A stretch of 63,294 nucleotides of DNA, filler included. It is 3 parts of 3 records of this genome, joined end to end, with 100 filler letters (N's around TTAATTAATTAA, not from the genome) between each part and the next. Parts side by side here need not be neighbours in the genome. Positions count along the whole stretch, not along the records: positions 1 to 13,233 come from SRR2962707_1125; 2 more parts are not named here. One strand, given 5' to 3'. The notes under the pieces are model-generated. The model had not been told where the DNA came from. It saw nothing but the letters and a program-made list of their open reading frames with translations, and searched no databases. Below are positions 1-10,215 of the stretch, piece after piece. Made by a program: the position numbers and the translations under genes. Numbering within the stretch: position 1 is the stretch's first letter; each line of letters opens with the position of its first letter.

Positions 1-93
1 CAGCGTCGAACACAGGTTCAGCCGGATTTCTCCAATAAACTTAAGGACATAGATGCCCTGTTTTTCAGCTTGCAGGATCTTGTAACCAGCCAT
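1..93 (-). CDS. rssC: STAS-domain anti-sigma factor antagonist (RssC-like), N-terminal part, truncated by window edge
   Basis: Manual translation MAGYKILQAEKQGIYVLKFIGEIRLNLCSTL; lies directly downstream of an rssB-like gene, as in Pseudomonas. Confidence 0.75.
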   Translation of the reverse strand, partial: MAGYKILQAEKQGIYVLKFIGEIRLNLCSTL

Positions 94-107
94 TGAATCC
101 ACTGCCA

Positions 108-1316
108 CTATGTCGACGTCGGGCCATTGGTATCAGGATCGGTATCCGTTACTGATACGATAGCAATATCGTCAGGTAACTCTGTGATCTCGTCGAGATT
201 CAGAGCGTCGCCCAGGGAAGCAATAGTGTGACTACCTCCCGAGACGAGTTCAAGTAGTGTCTTTTCCTTTTCATCCAGGCTTTTGGCCTTGATGACCTCC
301 AGTATACCGTCTGAGAAAAGAATCAGGTGGAACGGTTTGTCCAGTGGAACTTCGTAAACCTCCCATTCCGGCGTCTCGAACAGCCCCACCGGCAAGCCAC
401 TGCCTTCGAGGAACTCTGTCTTGCCGCCCTCCAGGGAAAGGATCGGCATCGGGAAATGGGCGCCTACCGAATAACGAAGACTTCTGTCAGACGTTGAAAT
501 GATGCCCACGAACACCGTTACATGCTTGCCCAACCCGGTATCGAGCAGTTCGGAATTAATCCGCTCAAGGAAACGATCGGGAAACAGGATGTCATCACTG
601 GAACCACGCCTGAGATTGCGCTGAAGGCGGTTGGTCAGGTTTTTCAGCAACACCGTTACGAACGCCGAGCTGGCACCGTGGCCAGACACATCGGCGATAT
701 ACACCAGCACCTTGTCTTCGGTTATTCGGAAATAGTCCAGGAAATCCCCGCTGAGAAACAGCGAGGGCTTGATGAGGTGATTGACGGAAAAGCCGGAAAG
801 CACCTGTTCCCGGTCTGGCAACATTCTGAGCTGGACCTTACGGCCGGCGCGCTGGTCGGCACGTAATTCCGCAATGCCATCCCGCAAGTCCCGGTTCGCT
901 TCTTCCAGTTCCTGACGATAAAGCTGGTTGAGCCGGTTCACACGCACCCGATCAAACAGCTTGCCAATAACGTCATCGAGGGCGCCACGATCATCGGAAC
1001 AGGGTTTAAGCACGATATCGGCCGCGCCCGCTCGCAGCGCATTGACGATTTCGGAGGCATCTGCGGTGGAATAGCAGGCAACGATGGGGGTGAAGGTTTC
1101 CGCGTCTTCCAGCCGACCGGCAAGCTCACCAATGGCGTCCGGCGAGAGGTCGGCAAAAATGATGTCCGGAATATTATCGTCGAACAGGGAACGGGCGGAA
1201 GCCAGGTCCGGATAACCGGTAACGTAGAATCCCCTGGCCTCAAGGTATCGACCCAGTTCCGAGCGGGCACGTTCATCCGAATCGATAATAAGAATGCGCT
1301 CGGTGCGCGATGTCAT
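108..1316 (-). CDS. rssB: Response regulator with PP2C/SpoIIE phosphatase domain (RssB-like)
   Basis: N-terminal receiver domain; PP2C motifs SGDFLDY, ADVSGHG, FSDG, DDIAIV. Confidence 0.85.
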   Translation of the reverse strand: MTSRTERILIIDSDERARSELGRYLEARGFYVTGYPDLASARSLFDDNIPDIIFADLSPDAIGELAGRLEDAETFTPIVACYSTADASEIVNALRAGAADIVLKPCSDDRGALDDVIGKLFDRVRVNRLNQLYRQELEEANRDLRDGIAELRADQRAGRKVQLRMLPDREQVLSGFSVNHLIKPSLFLSGDFLDYFRITEDKVLVYIADVSGHGASSAFVTVLLKNLTNRLQRNLRRGSSDDILFPDRFLERINSELLDTGLGKHVTVFVGIISTSDRSLRYSVGAHFPMPILSLEGGKTEFLEGSGLPVGLFETPEWEVYEVPLDKPFHLILFSDGILEVIKAKSLDEKEKTLLELVSGGSHTIASLGDALNLDEITELPDDIAIVSVTDTDPDTNGPTST

Positions 1317-1430
1317 GGCGATTGCCCTAAACTACCATCGGTAAACAGGAAATTGGGGTTCTGATACCTATTCTGGCACGCCCCTGTGATATAACAAGAC
1401 ATGTTTGATGTTTTTGGGAGGTTGTAATCT

Positions 1431-2897
1431 ATGAGAAGTGCCGTCAATGACCTGCTCGGGGCTTATGACAAGCTGATCATGGACCCGGTCCATGGCGGAA
1501 TTCCGCTTTACCGGCATGAAATCAAGGTTATCGACCATCCCCTGTTCCAGCGCCTGCGCAACATTTGCCAGAACGACATCCTCAGCCTGGTTTTCCCGGG
1601 GGCGACCCACTCACGCTTCCTTCACAGTATTGGCGTGATGCACGTGGGCACACGGATGTTCCGTTCGATGATCGACGCCTACCTGCGGGAACGCCAGCTC
1701 AGCGACCAGACAGATCTGAGCCTCAGCCAGCTTGATGCCATTGACTACCTCGCCAAGACCATTCGCCTGGGCTGCCTGCTGCACGACAGCGGACATTCCA
1801 GCTTCTCCCACCAGTTCACCCAGGCGCGGCGCATCCACGACCTTATGTCGCGGCCCGACCGGTTTGATGACCTATGGAGCGGTGTCGACTATTCCGTGTA
1901 TCACAGTGAACGCCCGGAAGAACTGGAGCACGAGCACTATTCCGTGAGGGTTGCCCACGAAGTGCTGTCGTCCATTGACCTTGAGACCGCCGGCCTCGAT
2001 CCAAGAGACGTGATCGGCATCATGGAGACCACGGATGTGCGGCCCAGCGATGCGTTCTGCCGCCACGCACGCACCTTCTGGAATTTCATCGCCGGTAACG
2101 ACGCGGACTCCGGTGTTCTGAGCGAAGCCGACACCCCCCGGCTGGTGATGGACCTGATGTCGTCCATTGTCTCCGGTGAAATCGACGCCGACCGGGCCGA
2201 CTACATGCTTCGGGACGGCTTTCACTCCTCAGTCACCATCGGTGGCTTCAACCTTGACCACCTGCTGAGCAACCTGCGCTTCGGCTGGGACGTGCGCGAG
2301 CCCTGGCTCGGCCTGGCCATCACCCAGAAGGGCCTTGGCGCCTTGGAGGACTTCGTCTACAGCCGCCACCAGATGTACCGCAAGGTCTACGCCCACAAGA
2401 CGGCCCTGGGTTTCGACTGGCTGTTGCGGGAAGCGATCAACGAAGTGCTTGAAGACCCGGAGATATTTGATTGGGTGGATACCTGCCTGAGCGACATGCG
2501 TTACTTCGCAGAACTGACAGACAGCTTTTTCTGGGAGGCTTTTCGCAAAGTGGCGCGGAAAAAGTCTGGCAGTTATTCACGCTGCATTGTGGACCGGGCC
2601 AAACTGAACCACTTGGACACCCGGGAAGATCTCACTGTCGCCGGCATCGAGGATCACAGCCGTTGGCTGGCCCGGGAGCTGGACCTGGACCCGGGCGAGG
2701 TTGTGACCTGCTCCATGCGGGCACGGTTCTCGAACATCCAGGACAATTTCAACGGCATCAAGGTACTGGTGCGTGATCCGATCAATCGTGCCCGTTCCCT
2801 GCGCAAGATTACCGATATCAGCGCCTTCTTCAGCAAGTTCAGCGACGGTACCATCACCCACTTCTACGTTCGGCCAACCGTACTGACCGGCAAGTAA
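1431..2897 (+). CDS. HD-domain phosphohydrolase (SAMHD1/dNTP triphosphohydrolase-like)
   Basis: DPVHG, FQRLRNICQ, HSRFLHSIG, LLHDSGH, DADRADY, R..MYRKVY.H motifs. Confidence 0.85.
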   Translation: MRSAVNDLLGAYDKLIMDPVHGGIPLYRHEIKVIDHPLFQRLRNICQNDILSLVFPGATHSRFLHSIGVMHVGTRMFRSMIDAYLRERQLSDQTDLSLSQLDAIDYLAKTIRLGCLLHDSGHSSFSHQFTQARRIHDLMSRPDRFDDLWSGVDYSVYHSERPEELEHEHYSVRVAHEVLSSIDLETAGLDPRDVIGIMETTDVRPSDAFCRHARTFWNFIAGNDADSGVLSEADTPRLVMDLMSSIVSGEIDADRADYMLRDGFHSSVTIGGFNLDHLLSNLRFGWDVREPWLGLAITQKGLGALEDFVYSRHQMYRKVYAHKTALGFDWLLREAINEVLEDPEIFDWVDTCLSDMRYFAELTDSFFWEAFRKVARKKSGSYSRCIVDRAKLNHLDTREDLTVAGIEDHSRWLARELDLDPGEVVTCSMRARFSNIQDNFNGIKVLVRDPINRARSLRKITDISAFFSKFSDGTITHFYVRPTVLTGK

Positions 2898-2904
2898 GTT
2901 GGGT

Positions 2905-3918
2905 TTAGTCCGCCAGCATATGCGCGACCAGGCCACTGGCACTATTGAACGCGCCCTCCACGCGGCCGCCGCTCAGCCAGTCCCCGGCCAGCCCGATGCG
3001 CTGGTCGCCATACCAGCGAAAACCGGGTTGCTCCGTGGGCGAGGATTTCGCATAAAGCCACCGGTGCGAAATCCAGTCGTCAGGGCAGACAGTAACACCG
3101 GTTACCTTCTTAAACGCCTCAATCATGGCAGCCGACACCTTGTCCGCCGAGGTATTTTCGTGCTCCCGAGACCATTGAGGCGTTGCATGGAGAACCCACC
3201 ACTGGCCGGAATCGTCCCTGCCCGGTTTGCTCGAGTTATTCGCAATCCAGTCGAGTATCGGGTTCTGGCACCGCATCCCATCATAGGGCTGTTCCAGCGA
3301 CTGCCGAAAATAGACAGCGGTTGCCCAGCACGGCTGGATATGGCTAACGTGGCCCTGCATCTGGTCCGAGAGCGCTGTGAGCCTACTGTTGCTGAACAGC
3401 TCCCGGGTCTGAGCCGGAGGTGCCGTGACGATAACCGCGTCAAAGGGCCCATAAGACTCGCCGTCTGTATCGTTCAGCAACCACTGTTGACCCTGGCGAA
3501 CCAGGCTATCAATGCGCGTTTGCGCCTGGACGTCTGCAGCGGTGGAAAGCCCGCGGGTGATGGCGGTCATCCGGGGAGCGCCGACGTAGCGGGTCTCTTG
3601 CGGGAACGGCTCCCATTGCCCGGAGGTGGTCTGGTAACCAAACCGCCCGGGCCACGGCCTGAAACTGCCTTCGGCATAACGGTTCAGGAAGGCGGAGAAC
3701 GCAGGATTCCTGATCGTAAAGTATTGCGCCCCGATGTCTACGGAGCCACCCGCAACACGCTTTGCGGCCATGCGACCGCCCGGGCCGCGGCTTTTCTCGA
3801 AGATCGTCACTTCATGGTTCTGCTCCTGAAGCAGAAGTGCTGCACTCAGGCCGGCCATGCCTGAACCAACAATGGCAATCCGGCGTATAACAGGCATCTG
3901 ATCGGTTTGGTTAAACAT
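2905..3918 (-). CDS. NAD(P)/FAD-dependent oxidoreductase (renalase-like)
   Basis: IAIVGSGMAGL, EKSRGPGGRM, DIGAQYFT, HRWLYA, GDW..GGRVEGA; start placed at ATG 3918. Confidence 0.85.
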   Translation of the reverse strand: MFNQTDQMPVIRRIAIVGSGMAGLSAALLLQEQNHEVTIFEKSRGPGGRMAAKRVAGGSVDIGAQYFTIRNPAFSAFLNRYAEGSFRPWPGRFGYQTTSGQWEPFPQETRYVGAPRMTAITRGLSTAADVQAQTRIDSLVRQGQQWLLNDTDGESYGPFDAVIVTAPPAQTRELFSNSRLTALSDQMQGHVSHIQPCWATAVYFRQSLEQPYDGMRCQNPILDWIANNSSKPGRDDSGQWWVLHATPQWSREHENTSADKVSAAMIEAFKKVTGVTVCPDDWISHRWLYAKSSPTEQPGFRWYGDQRIGLAGDWLSGGRVEGAFNSASGLVAHMLAD

Positions 3919-3928
3919 CGTATAACGT

Positions 3929-3955
3929 GCATCCAAATTCGGTTGTTGGAACGTA
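3929..3955 (+). promoter_or_regulatory. Possible RpoE(ChrR-type ECF) promoter for the desaturase-cfa operon
   Basis: GCATCC-N17-CGTA resembles the TGATCC...CGTA consensus; it sits upstream of an operon type known to be RpoE/ChrR controlled. Confidence 0.3.
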
Positions 3956-4035
3956 GAACCCGTCAAGCGTCTGGTTGAGATTCTTCAACGCCCAGGCTTT
4001 ACAGGTTAAACCACGAACGAAAGGGCAATCAGGGT

Positions 4036-4992
4036 ATGACCCGAGTGCAACACTGGCTGACAAACATTCTGAGATGGTTCGACTCCGCTGCGGGTTCGGA
4101 TCACCTCGACACAAGCTCGCGGGCTTTCAATTTTCTCAGGGTGGTTCCCTTTATAGCACTTCATCTGGCCTGTCTGCTGGTCATCGTCACGGGCACCAGT
4201 ACCTTTGCGGTCATCTTTGCAATTGGCTTTTTCGCCGTGCGCATGTTTGCCATCACCGGCTTCTACCATCGCTACTTTGCCCACAAAACCTTCAAGACCA
4301 GCCGTGTTGCACAGTTTTTCTTCGGCGTCCTGGGCGCCAGCGCAGCCCAACGTGGGCCGCTGTGGTGGGCCGCCCATCATCGGCACCACCATCAACACTC
4401 GGACGACGAGAAGGACTTGCACTCACCACACCAAGGCGGGTTCTGGTGGTCCCACGTTGGCTGGTTTACCTGTGACGCGGGCTTTGCCATGGATGAGCGC
4501 CGGGTGAAGGACTGGATGAAATTTCCCGAACTCCGCTTTCTCAACCGCTTTGACTCATTGGTACCGGCGGCAGCCGCGGTCGGTATTTATGCCTTGGGTG
4601 AAGCTCTGGCGGCGTGGGCGCCCGGCCTGGGCACCAATGGTTTGCAGCTGCTGACCTGGGGCTTCTTCATATCAACGGTGTTGCTGTTCCATGCCACGGT
4701 GTCCATCAATTCCCTGTCTCACGTCTGGGGAAAACGCCGTTTCGAGACTTCCGACGACAGCAGGAATAACGTCTGGCTCGCGCTCATCACCATGGGCGAA
4801 GGCTGGCACAACAACCACCATCGCTGGCCGCAATCCGTGCGCCAGGGATTCCGGTGGTACGAGGTGGATATGACCTGGTACGGACTGTGGCTACTCGCGC
4901 GTCTTGGCATCATATGGGACATGAACCCTATTCCAGAACACATTCAGGAAGAAACCCGCCAACTGGATTCCATGAGGAGGAAACACTCATGA
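4036..4992 (+). CDS. Acyl-CoA (delta-9 type) fatty acid desaturase
   Basis: His boxes YHRYFAH, HRHHH, HNNHH; hydrophobic segments. Confidence 0.9.
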   Translation: MTRVQHWLTNILRWFDSAAGSDHLDTSSRAFNFLRVVPFIALHLACLLVIVTGTSTFAVIFAIGFFAVRMFAITGFYHRYFAHKTFKTSRVAQFFFGVLGASAAQRGPLWWAAHHRHHHQHSDDEKDLHSPHQGGFWWSHVGWFTCDAGFAMDERRVKDWMKFPELRFLNRFDSLVPAAAAVGIYALGEALAAWAPGLGTNGLQLLTWGFFISTVLLFHATVSINSLSHVWGKRRFETSDDSRNNVWLALITMGEGWHNNHHRWPQSVRQGFRWYEVDMTWYGLWLLARLGIIWDMNPIPEHIQEETRQLDSMRRKHS

Positions 4993-5456
4993 GTACCGCC
5001 TCTATCATCGAAATGGGCAACCAGAATTCATCCGTCCAGGAAACTCTTGGGCGCTTCACGCAACTCTTCAATAACCTCTGCGCCGGCAACATGGCGGAGC
5101 TGTCCAGCGTGTACAGCGAAAACGTGACGTTTACCGATCCGTTCACGAGCGTGCGGGGAATTGGTGAACTGACAGAATACTTTTCCGGGGCCTACGCCAA
5201 CGTGATTTCCTGCGGTTTCGACTTCGGCGAGCCCGTGGTCAACGGCGAGGATGTGTGCATTCCCTGGGTGATGCACCTCAGGCACAAGCGTATTCGGAAG
5301 GGCAACCCGGTTGCGGTGGAAGGCATTAGTCAGTTGGTTATTCGTGAGGGGCGCGTTCTCTCCCATCGGGATTATTTCGACATCGGCCAGTTGCTCTACG
5401 AAAACCTTCCGTTACTGGGTGGCGTGATCCGTTGGATAAGGAATCAGGCGGGATGA
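4989..5456 (+). CDS. NTF2/SnoaL-like protein
   Basis: FTDPF, HRDYFD.G..LYE..P motifs; ATGA overlap with desaturase stop. Confidence 0.85.
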   Translation: MSTASIIEMGNQNSSVQETLGRFTQLFNNLCAGNMAELSSVYSENVTFTDPFTSVRGIGELTEYFSGAYANVISCGFDFGEPVVNGEDVCIPWVMHLRHKRIRKGNPVAVEGISQLVIREGRVLSHRDYFDIGQLLYENLPLLGGVIRWIRNQAG

Positions 5457-6253
5457 GTGAACGGCTTGGAACAGCATCCAACATCTGGATTACCGGGGCC
5501 AGCTCAGGGATCGGAGAAGCCGTTACCCACGCGCTGGTAGACCAGGGGCACCGTTTGGTGATCACCGGCCGACGGCAGGAGGCATTGGACGGCTTGAGCG
5601 CATTGGCGCCAGAGCGAGTTGTAGCAGCGCGGGCGGACACCACGAGCCGGGACGACCTACAGGGTATTTCCTCCACCCTGGAAACCCACGGCGACCTCAA
5701 CATGGCCATCCTCAACGCCGGCACCTGTGAATACCTGGAAATCGCCGACTACGACAGCGCTGTGATTGAAAACAACATCAACACCAACGTGGTGGGCACC
5801 GCACGCTGTCTGGATATTGCCTTGCCGGCTCTGCGGCGCACTGTCGCGAAGGGCCAACCGGCGACGCTAGTGATTGTCAGCTCATCGGCGTGGTGGTTTC
5901 CCTTCGGCCGTGCCGAGGGGTACGGGTCCTCCAAGGCCGCGCTCACCTACTTTGCACACGCGCTACGAGCGGATCTGGCGCCCGAAGGCATCGACGTGGT
6001 GGTGGTTTCGCCGGGGTTTGTGAAAACGCCGCTGACCGACAGAAACGATTTTCCGATGCCGTTCCTGGTCTCAGCGGAAGACGCCGCGGGCCGTATCGTC
6101 AAAGGACTGCGTAAAGGCCGTAACGAAATCGCTTTTCCGAAGCGATTCACCTGGACACTGAAGGCTCTGGGCGCCCTGCCCCAGGGGTTGATTGATCGCA
6201 TGGCCGCCAGCATGAGCCGCAAAAGCAGGAATGAACAGGAAACCAGTGGATGA
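5453..6253 (+). CDS. Short-chain dehydrogenase/reductase
   Basis: TGASSGIG, NAG, YGSSK, PGFVKT motifs. Confidence 0.9.
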   Translation: MSERLGTASNIWITGASSGIGEAVTHALVDQGHRLVITGRRQEALDGLSALAPERVVAARADTTSRDDLQGISSTLETHGDLNMAILNAGTCEYLEIADYDSAVIENNINTNVVGTARCLDIALPALRRTVAKGQPATLVIVSSSAWWFPFGRAEGYGSSKAALTYFAHALRADLAPEGIDVVVVSPGFVKTPLTDRNDFPMPFLVSAEDAAGRIVKGLRKGRNEIAFPKRFTWTLKALGALPQGLIDRMAASMSRKSRNEQETSG

Positions 6254-7515
6254 GTAACGAACGTCAACGTATTGCAGTCATTGGCGCTGGGGTCTCCGGC
6301 CTTACAACAGCCTGGCTCTTATCCGAAAAGTACGATGTGGAGCTGTTTGAAGCTGGCGACTATGCCGGAGGCCACACCAACACAGAGATGGTTACCGCCG
6401 GTGGTCGGGAGTGGCCGGTCAACACCGGTTTTATCGTCTTCAATGACTGGACGTACCCCAATTTCATGAAGCTGATGGACCGCTTGGGTGTTGCGTCGGA
6501 GGTCAGCGACATGAGTTTCAGTGTTGACTGTCATTCCTCCGGGCTACAGTACAACGGCACCAGCCTGAACACCCTGTTCGCCCAACGCAGAAACCTGCTG
6601 AATCTACCATTCCTTCGTATGATCCAGGAGATCCTGCGCTTCAATAAGGAATCCCGGGCAGACCTGGCCGCTGGCAACATCGCAGACACCGAAACCCTGG
6701 GCGAATACCTGAACCGCAACGGCTACTCGCGCTACTTCCGCCAATACTACATCGTCCCCATGGGGGCTGCGATCTGGTCGGCGCCGGAGATTGTCCTGGA
6801 GCAGTTCCCGATCCGATTCTTTCTCCAGTTTTTCAATAATCACGGCATGTTGTCGGTAGACGATCGTCCGACCTGGCGGGTCATTTCCGGCGGCTCCGCG
6901 CGCTATGTCGATGCGATGATGGAACGCCTGGGCGAACGCATACATTTGAACAGCCCGGTCAGTTCCGTCGTCCGTGAGCCGGACCATGTGGTGGTCACCG
7001 TCAATAACGAGCACCACCACTTTGACCAGGTGGTATTTGCCTGCCACAGCGACCAAGCCCTCGGCATGATCGCCGATCCTTCCGCCGAAGAACTGGATAT
7101 TCTTGGTGCCATTACCTATCAACGCAATGATGTGGTGTTGCACACCGACAGTTCGGTACTGCCATCAAATCGCAGGGCGTGGGCGGCGTGGAACTATTTC
7201 ATACCGCAACACAGCACCGAGCCTGTGTCTGTGACCTATAACATGAACGTACTGCAGAATTTCGATGAGGCACCGGAAACCTTCTGTGTCACCCTCAACC
7301 GCAGCCAGGACATTGATCCGGAGCGCATCATAAAACGCTTCGACTACGCACACCCCGTGTTCACCCTGGAGGCCGTGGCGGCCCAGAAACGCTATGACGA
7401 AATCGGCGGCCACAACCGCAGCCACTTCTGTGGCGCCTACTGGTTCAATGGCTTTCATGAGGACGGTGTGAGCAGTGCGCTCCGCGTTACTCAGGCTTTG
7501 GGAGTGGAGCTGTAG
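6250..7515 (+). CDS. FAD-dependent oxidoreductase (amine oxidase family; UfaD/RSP1091-like)
   Basis: IAVIGAGVSGL, GGHTNT, GFIVFND.TYP, GAYWFNGFHEDG. Confidence 0.85.
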   Translation: MSNERQRIAVIGAGVSGLTTAWLLSEKYDVELFEAGDYAGGHTNTEMVTAGGREWPVNTGFIVFNDWTYPNFMKLMDRLGVASEVSDMSFSVDCHSSGLQYNGTSLNTLFAQRRNLLNLPFLRMIQEILRFNKESRADLAAGNIADTETLGEYLNRNGYSRYFRQYYIVPMGAAIWSAPEIVLEQFPIRFFLQFFNNHGMLSVDDRPTWRVISGGSARYVDAMMERLGERIHLNSPVSSVVREPDHVVVTVNNEHHHFDQVVFACHSDQALGMIADPSAEELDILGAITYQRNDVVLHTDSSVLPSNRRAWAAWNYFIPQHSTEPVSVTYNMNVLQNFDEAPETFCVTLNRSQDIDPERIIKRFDYAHPVFTLEAVAAQKRYDEIGGHNRSHFCGAYWFNGFHEDGVSSALRVTQALGVEL

Positions 7516-7517
7516 CC

Positions 7518-8441
7518 ATGAACGCTGCCCTACCGCAAAACATGGTCGCCAATCAGCTTCACAGCCAATGGCTGGAGGGCACGATTCGGCATCGTCGCAA
7601 GGCACCGGTCCGCCACGAATTCAGCTACAGCACCGGCATGCTGGCCCTGGACCTGCGCGAGTGGCCATCCATAACCCATATCAGCCGCCTGTTTTCCCTG
7701 GAACGCTTCAACTGGTTGTCCCTGTACCGCCGTGACTATTTCCGGCCCGAGACCGACAACCTCCTGCAGGCCGTGAGCGATCAGGTACAACAGGCGACGG
7801 GATGGCGCCCGGACGGCGCGGTGCAACTCATTACTCATCCCCGTTATTTCGGGTATGTGTTCAATCCGGTCAGTTTCTACTTCTGCTACCACGCCGGCGA
7901 CCGCCCGGATCATGGAGCCGTGCCCCGGGTCATCATGGCTCAGATCACCAATACACCCTGGAAAGATCGCCATGTGTACTGCCTCGAAACCACAGGCGCG
8001 GAACCAACCAGTGCCGGCTGGCGCACTGAGCGCTTCGATTTCAGCAAACGCTTTCACGTATCGCCCTTCAATCCCATGGATCAGCATTACCAGTGGACGT
8101 TCAGTTTCCGCGGCCCTGAACTTCGAATCCACATGGGTGTGAAACAGGACGAACGCAAGCATTTTGATGCCACATTGGTGGTCCGACGCACCCCCCTGGA
8201 TCGTAAAGAACTACACAGGAGCCTTAGGCAGTTTCCACTGGAAGCGCTGAAGGTGGTGGGCGGTATTTACTGGCACGCCCTGAAGCTCAAGCTCAAAGGG
8301 GTGCCGTTCTTTACCCATCCAAACAAGCTGCCTGAAAACGACCCGGCGCACCGGCGCGGCGCAGAAGACTCAGGCCGGGATGTCACCGAACCCACAGCCC
8401 AGAACAAGACAACCGGAAAGGTAAGCTCATGGAGAACCTGA
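7518..8441 (+). CDS. DUF1365 family protein (UfaO/RSP1090-like)
   Basis: HRR..P..H.F.Y, FNPVSFYFC, NTPW, KRFHVSPF, IYWHALKL. Confidence 0.85.
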   Translation: MNAALPQNMVANQLHSQWLEGTIRHRRKAPVRHEFSYSTGMLALDLREWPSITHISRLFSLERFNWLSLYRRDYFRPETDNLLQAVSDQVQQATGWRPDGAVQLITHPRYFGYVFNPVSFYFCYHAGDRPDHGAVPRVIMAQITNTPWKDRHVYCLETTGAEPTSAGWRTERFDFSKRFHVSPFNPMDQHYQWTFSFRGPELRIHMGVKQDERKHFDATLVVRRTPLDRKELHRSLRQFPLEALKVVGGIYWHALKLKLKGVPFFTHPNKLPENDPAHRRGAEDSGRDVTEPTAQNKTTGKVSSWRT

Positions 8442-9697
8442 ACACCTCGCTTGAATCCACTGGCACTGGCCAGGCGCCGCTCACCAGCCGGTGGGCGAAA
8501 GCCCTTGTGTGCCAGCAGCTTTCCCTTCTTGAAGCGGGAACACTGACGATTCGTGAAGCCGGGATGGAAACCCTGACCTTTGGAGACAGCGACAGCCGAT
8601 TCGCGCCGGCGGAGCTGGTCATCCACGACCACAGCACCTGGAAGGATCTGCTAACGGGCGGCAGCGTGGGTGCCGCTGAAGCCTATGTCGCAGGTGACTG
8701 GTCAACGCCGGACCTGGTGGCCCTGTTGCGGTTCTTTACCCGAAACGTTGATCGAATGAACGCCTTCGAGGACCGATTCAGTTGGGTCACCAAACCGGCC
8801 TTGAAGGGCCTGCACTGGCTGAATCGCAATACGAAGGAAGGTTCCCGCAAGAACATCAGCGCCCACTACGACCTGGGTAACGACCTGTTCGAGACCTTCC
8901 TTGACCCCACGATGATGTATTCCTCCGCCATCTACCCAGGCCCAGAGGCGACGCTGGAGCAAGCGGCGGTTCACAAACTGGATACCATCTGCCGAAAACT
9001 GGACCTGCAACCGGGCGACCGGGTGATCGAAATCGGCACCGGCTGGGGTGGATTCGCCGTGCATGCGGCCAAACATTATGGCTGTCATGTGACGACCACG
9101 ACGATTTCCGCCGAGCAGCTGGAACTGGCGAGAAAAAAGGTCAGCGACGAGGGCCTGGAAGCGCAGATCACCCTGCTGTTTGACGACTACCGCGACCTGG
9201 AAGGCCAGTTCGACAAGCTGGTGTCCATCGAAATGATCGAGGCGGTGGGCCCGCAATTTCTGGACAGCTACTTTTCTCAAATCAGCCGCTTGCTGAAACC
9301 GGACGGCCTGGCCCTGGTGCAGGCCATCAATATGCCCGAGCAGCGCTACAAGCGCGCCCTGAAGAACGTCGATTTCATTCAACGATTTATTTTTCCGGGC
9401 AGTTTCATTCCCTCTTTTGGCGCGATGCTGGACTCCGTCCGCACCGGTTCGGACCTGGTAATGACCCACGCTGAAGATATCGGCTTCCATTACGCCCGCA
9501 CGCTGCGGGACTGGTGCGATCGCTTCATGGCGAACCGGGATACGCTCGACAGCCTTGGCTACGACAAGGCCTTCCGCCGCCTGTGGCATTTCTACTTCGC
9601 CTATTGCGAGGCCGGCTTCAGTGAACGAGCCATTGGAGTTTCCCAGATCCTGTTCGCCAAGCCAGGTAACAAGCGTGAGAACATCCTGAGCGTATGA
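8429..9697 (+). CDS. cfa: Cyclopropane-fatty-acyl-phospholipid synthase family SAM methyltransferase
   Basis: NISAHYDLGN, MMYSSA, EIGTGWG, SIEMIEAVG, FIFPG, YCEAGF. Confidence 0.9.
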   Translation: MENLNTSLESTGTGQAPLTSRWAKALVCQQLSLLEAGTLTIREAGMETLTFGDSDSRFAPAELVIHDHSTWKDLLTGGSVGAAEAYVAGDWSTPDLVALLRFFTRNVDRMNAFEDRFSWVTKPALKGLHWLNRNTKEGSRKNISAHYDLGNDLFETFLDPTMMYSSAIYPGPEATLEQAAVHKLDTICRKLDLQPGDRVIEIGTGWGGFAVHAAKHYGCHVTTTTISAEQLELARKKVSDEGLEAQITLLFDDYRDLEGQFDKLVSIEMIEAVGPQFLDSYFSQISRLLKPDGLALVQAINMPEQRYKRALKNVDFIQRFIFPGSFIPSFGAMLDSVRTGSDLVMTHAEDIGFHYARTLRDWCDRFMANRDTLDSLGYDKAFRRLWHFYFAYCEAGFSERAIGVSQILFAKPGNKRENILSV

Positions 9698-10215
9698 TCC
9701 ACAATGATACCCTGCGCAATGTCGTGAACTTCGCCCTGTTCCAGGCTGGCTGGTTCGTATGCGTGCTCTATCCGGGCCTGATGGCTGCCGGATTCGTGGT
9801 CCTGCTATTGGTTTTCCACATGCTGTTTGTCAGCCAGCACCGCTCCATCGAACTGCAGTTTATCGGCGCCGGCACGGTTCTGGGCGGTGTACTGGACGGC
9901 ATCTGGTTCCAGACCGGCATCCTTGATGATGGCACTGGCAGCGTACAGATCACACCGGTCTGGCTGGTCGGCATCTGGGCCATATTCATGACCACCCTGA
10001 GCCATTCCCTGTCATGGATTGGCAGCAAACCCTGGCTGCCCTTTGTGTGTGCCCCCATCGCCGGGCCTTTTGCCTACTGGTCCGCCAGCGCGCTGGGCGC
10101 CGTGCAACTTCCGAATCTCACACTTTCTTTGGCTGCGCTGGCATTGGGCTGGCTGGTTGTATTCCCGAGCCTTCTCTATCTCCGCAAGGCCCTCTATCCG
10201 GAGCTGATACGATGA
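9694..10215 (+). CDS. DUF2878 family membrane protein
   Basis: NFALFQAGW, P.WL..IW..F.TTL.HSL; usual partner of this cluster. Confidence 0.75.
   Translation: MIHNDTLRNVVNFALFQAGWFVCVLYPGLMAAGFVVLLLVFHMLFVSQHRSIELQFIGAGTVLGGVLDGIWFQTGILDDGTGSVQITPVWLVGIWAIFMTTLSHSLSWIGSKPWLPFVCAPIAGPFAYWSASALGAVQLPNLTLSLAALALGWLVVFPSLLYLRKALYPELIR

Noticed and set aside
2899-3864. 321-aa plus-strand ORF
   Set aside because: Antisense shadow of the renalase-like gene in GC-rich DNA; no recognisable motifs
8702-9589. 295-aa minus-strand ORF (and similar shadows at 7530-8162, 11063-11659, 11793-12446)
   Set aside because: Antisense to well-supported genes; expected from GC-rich codon bias
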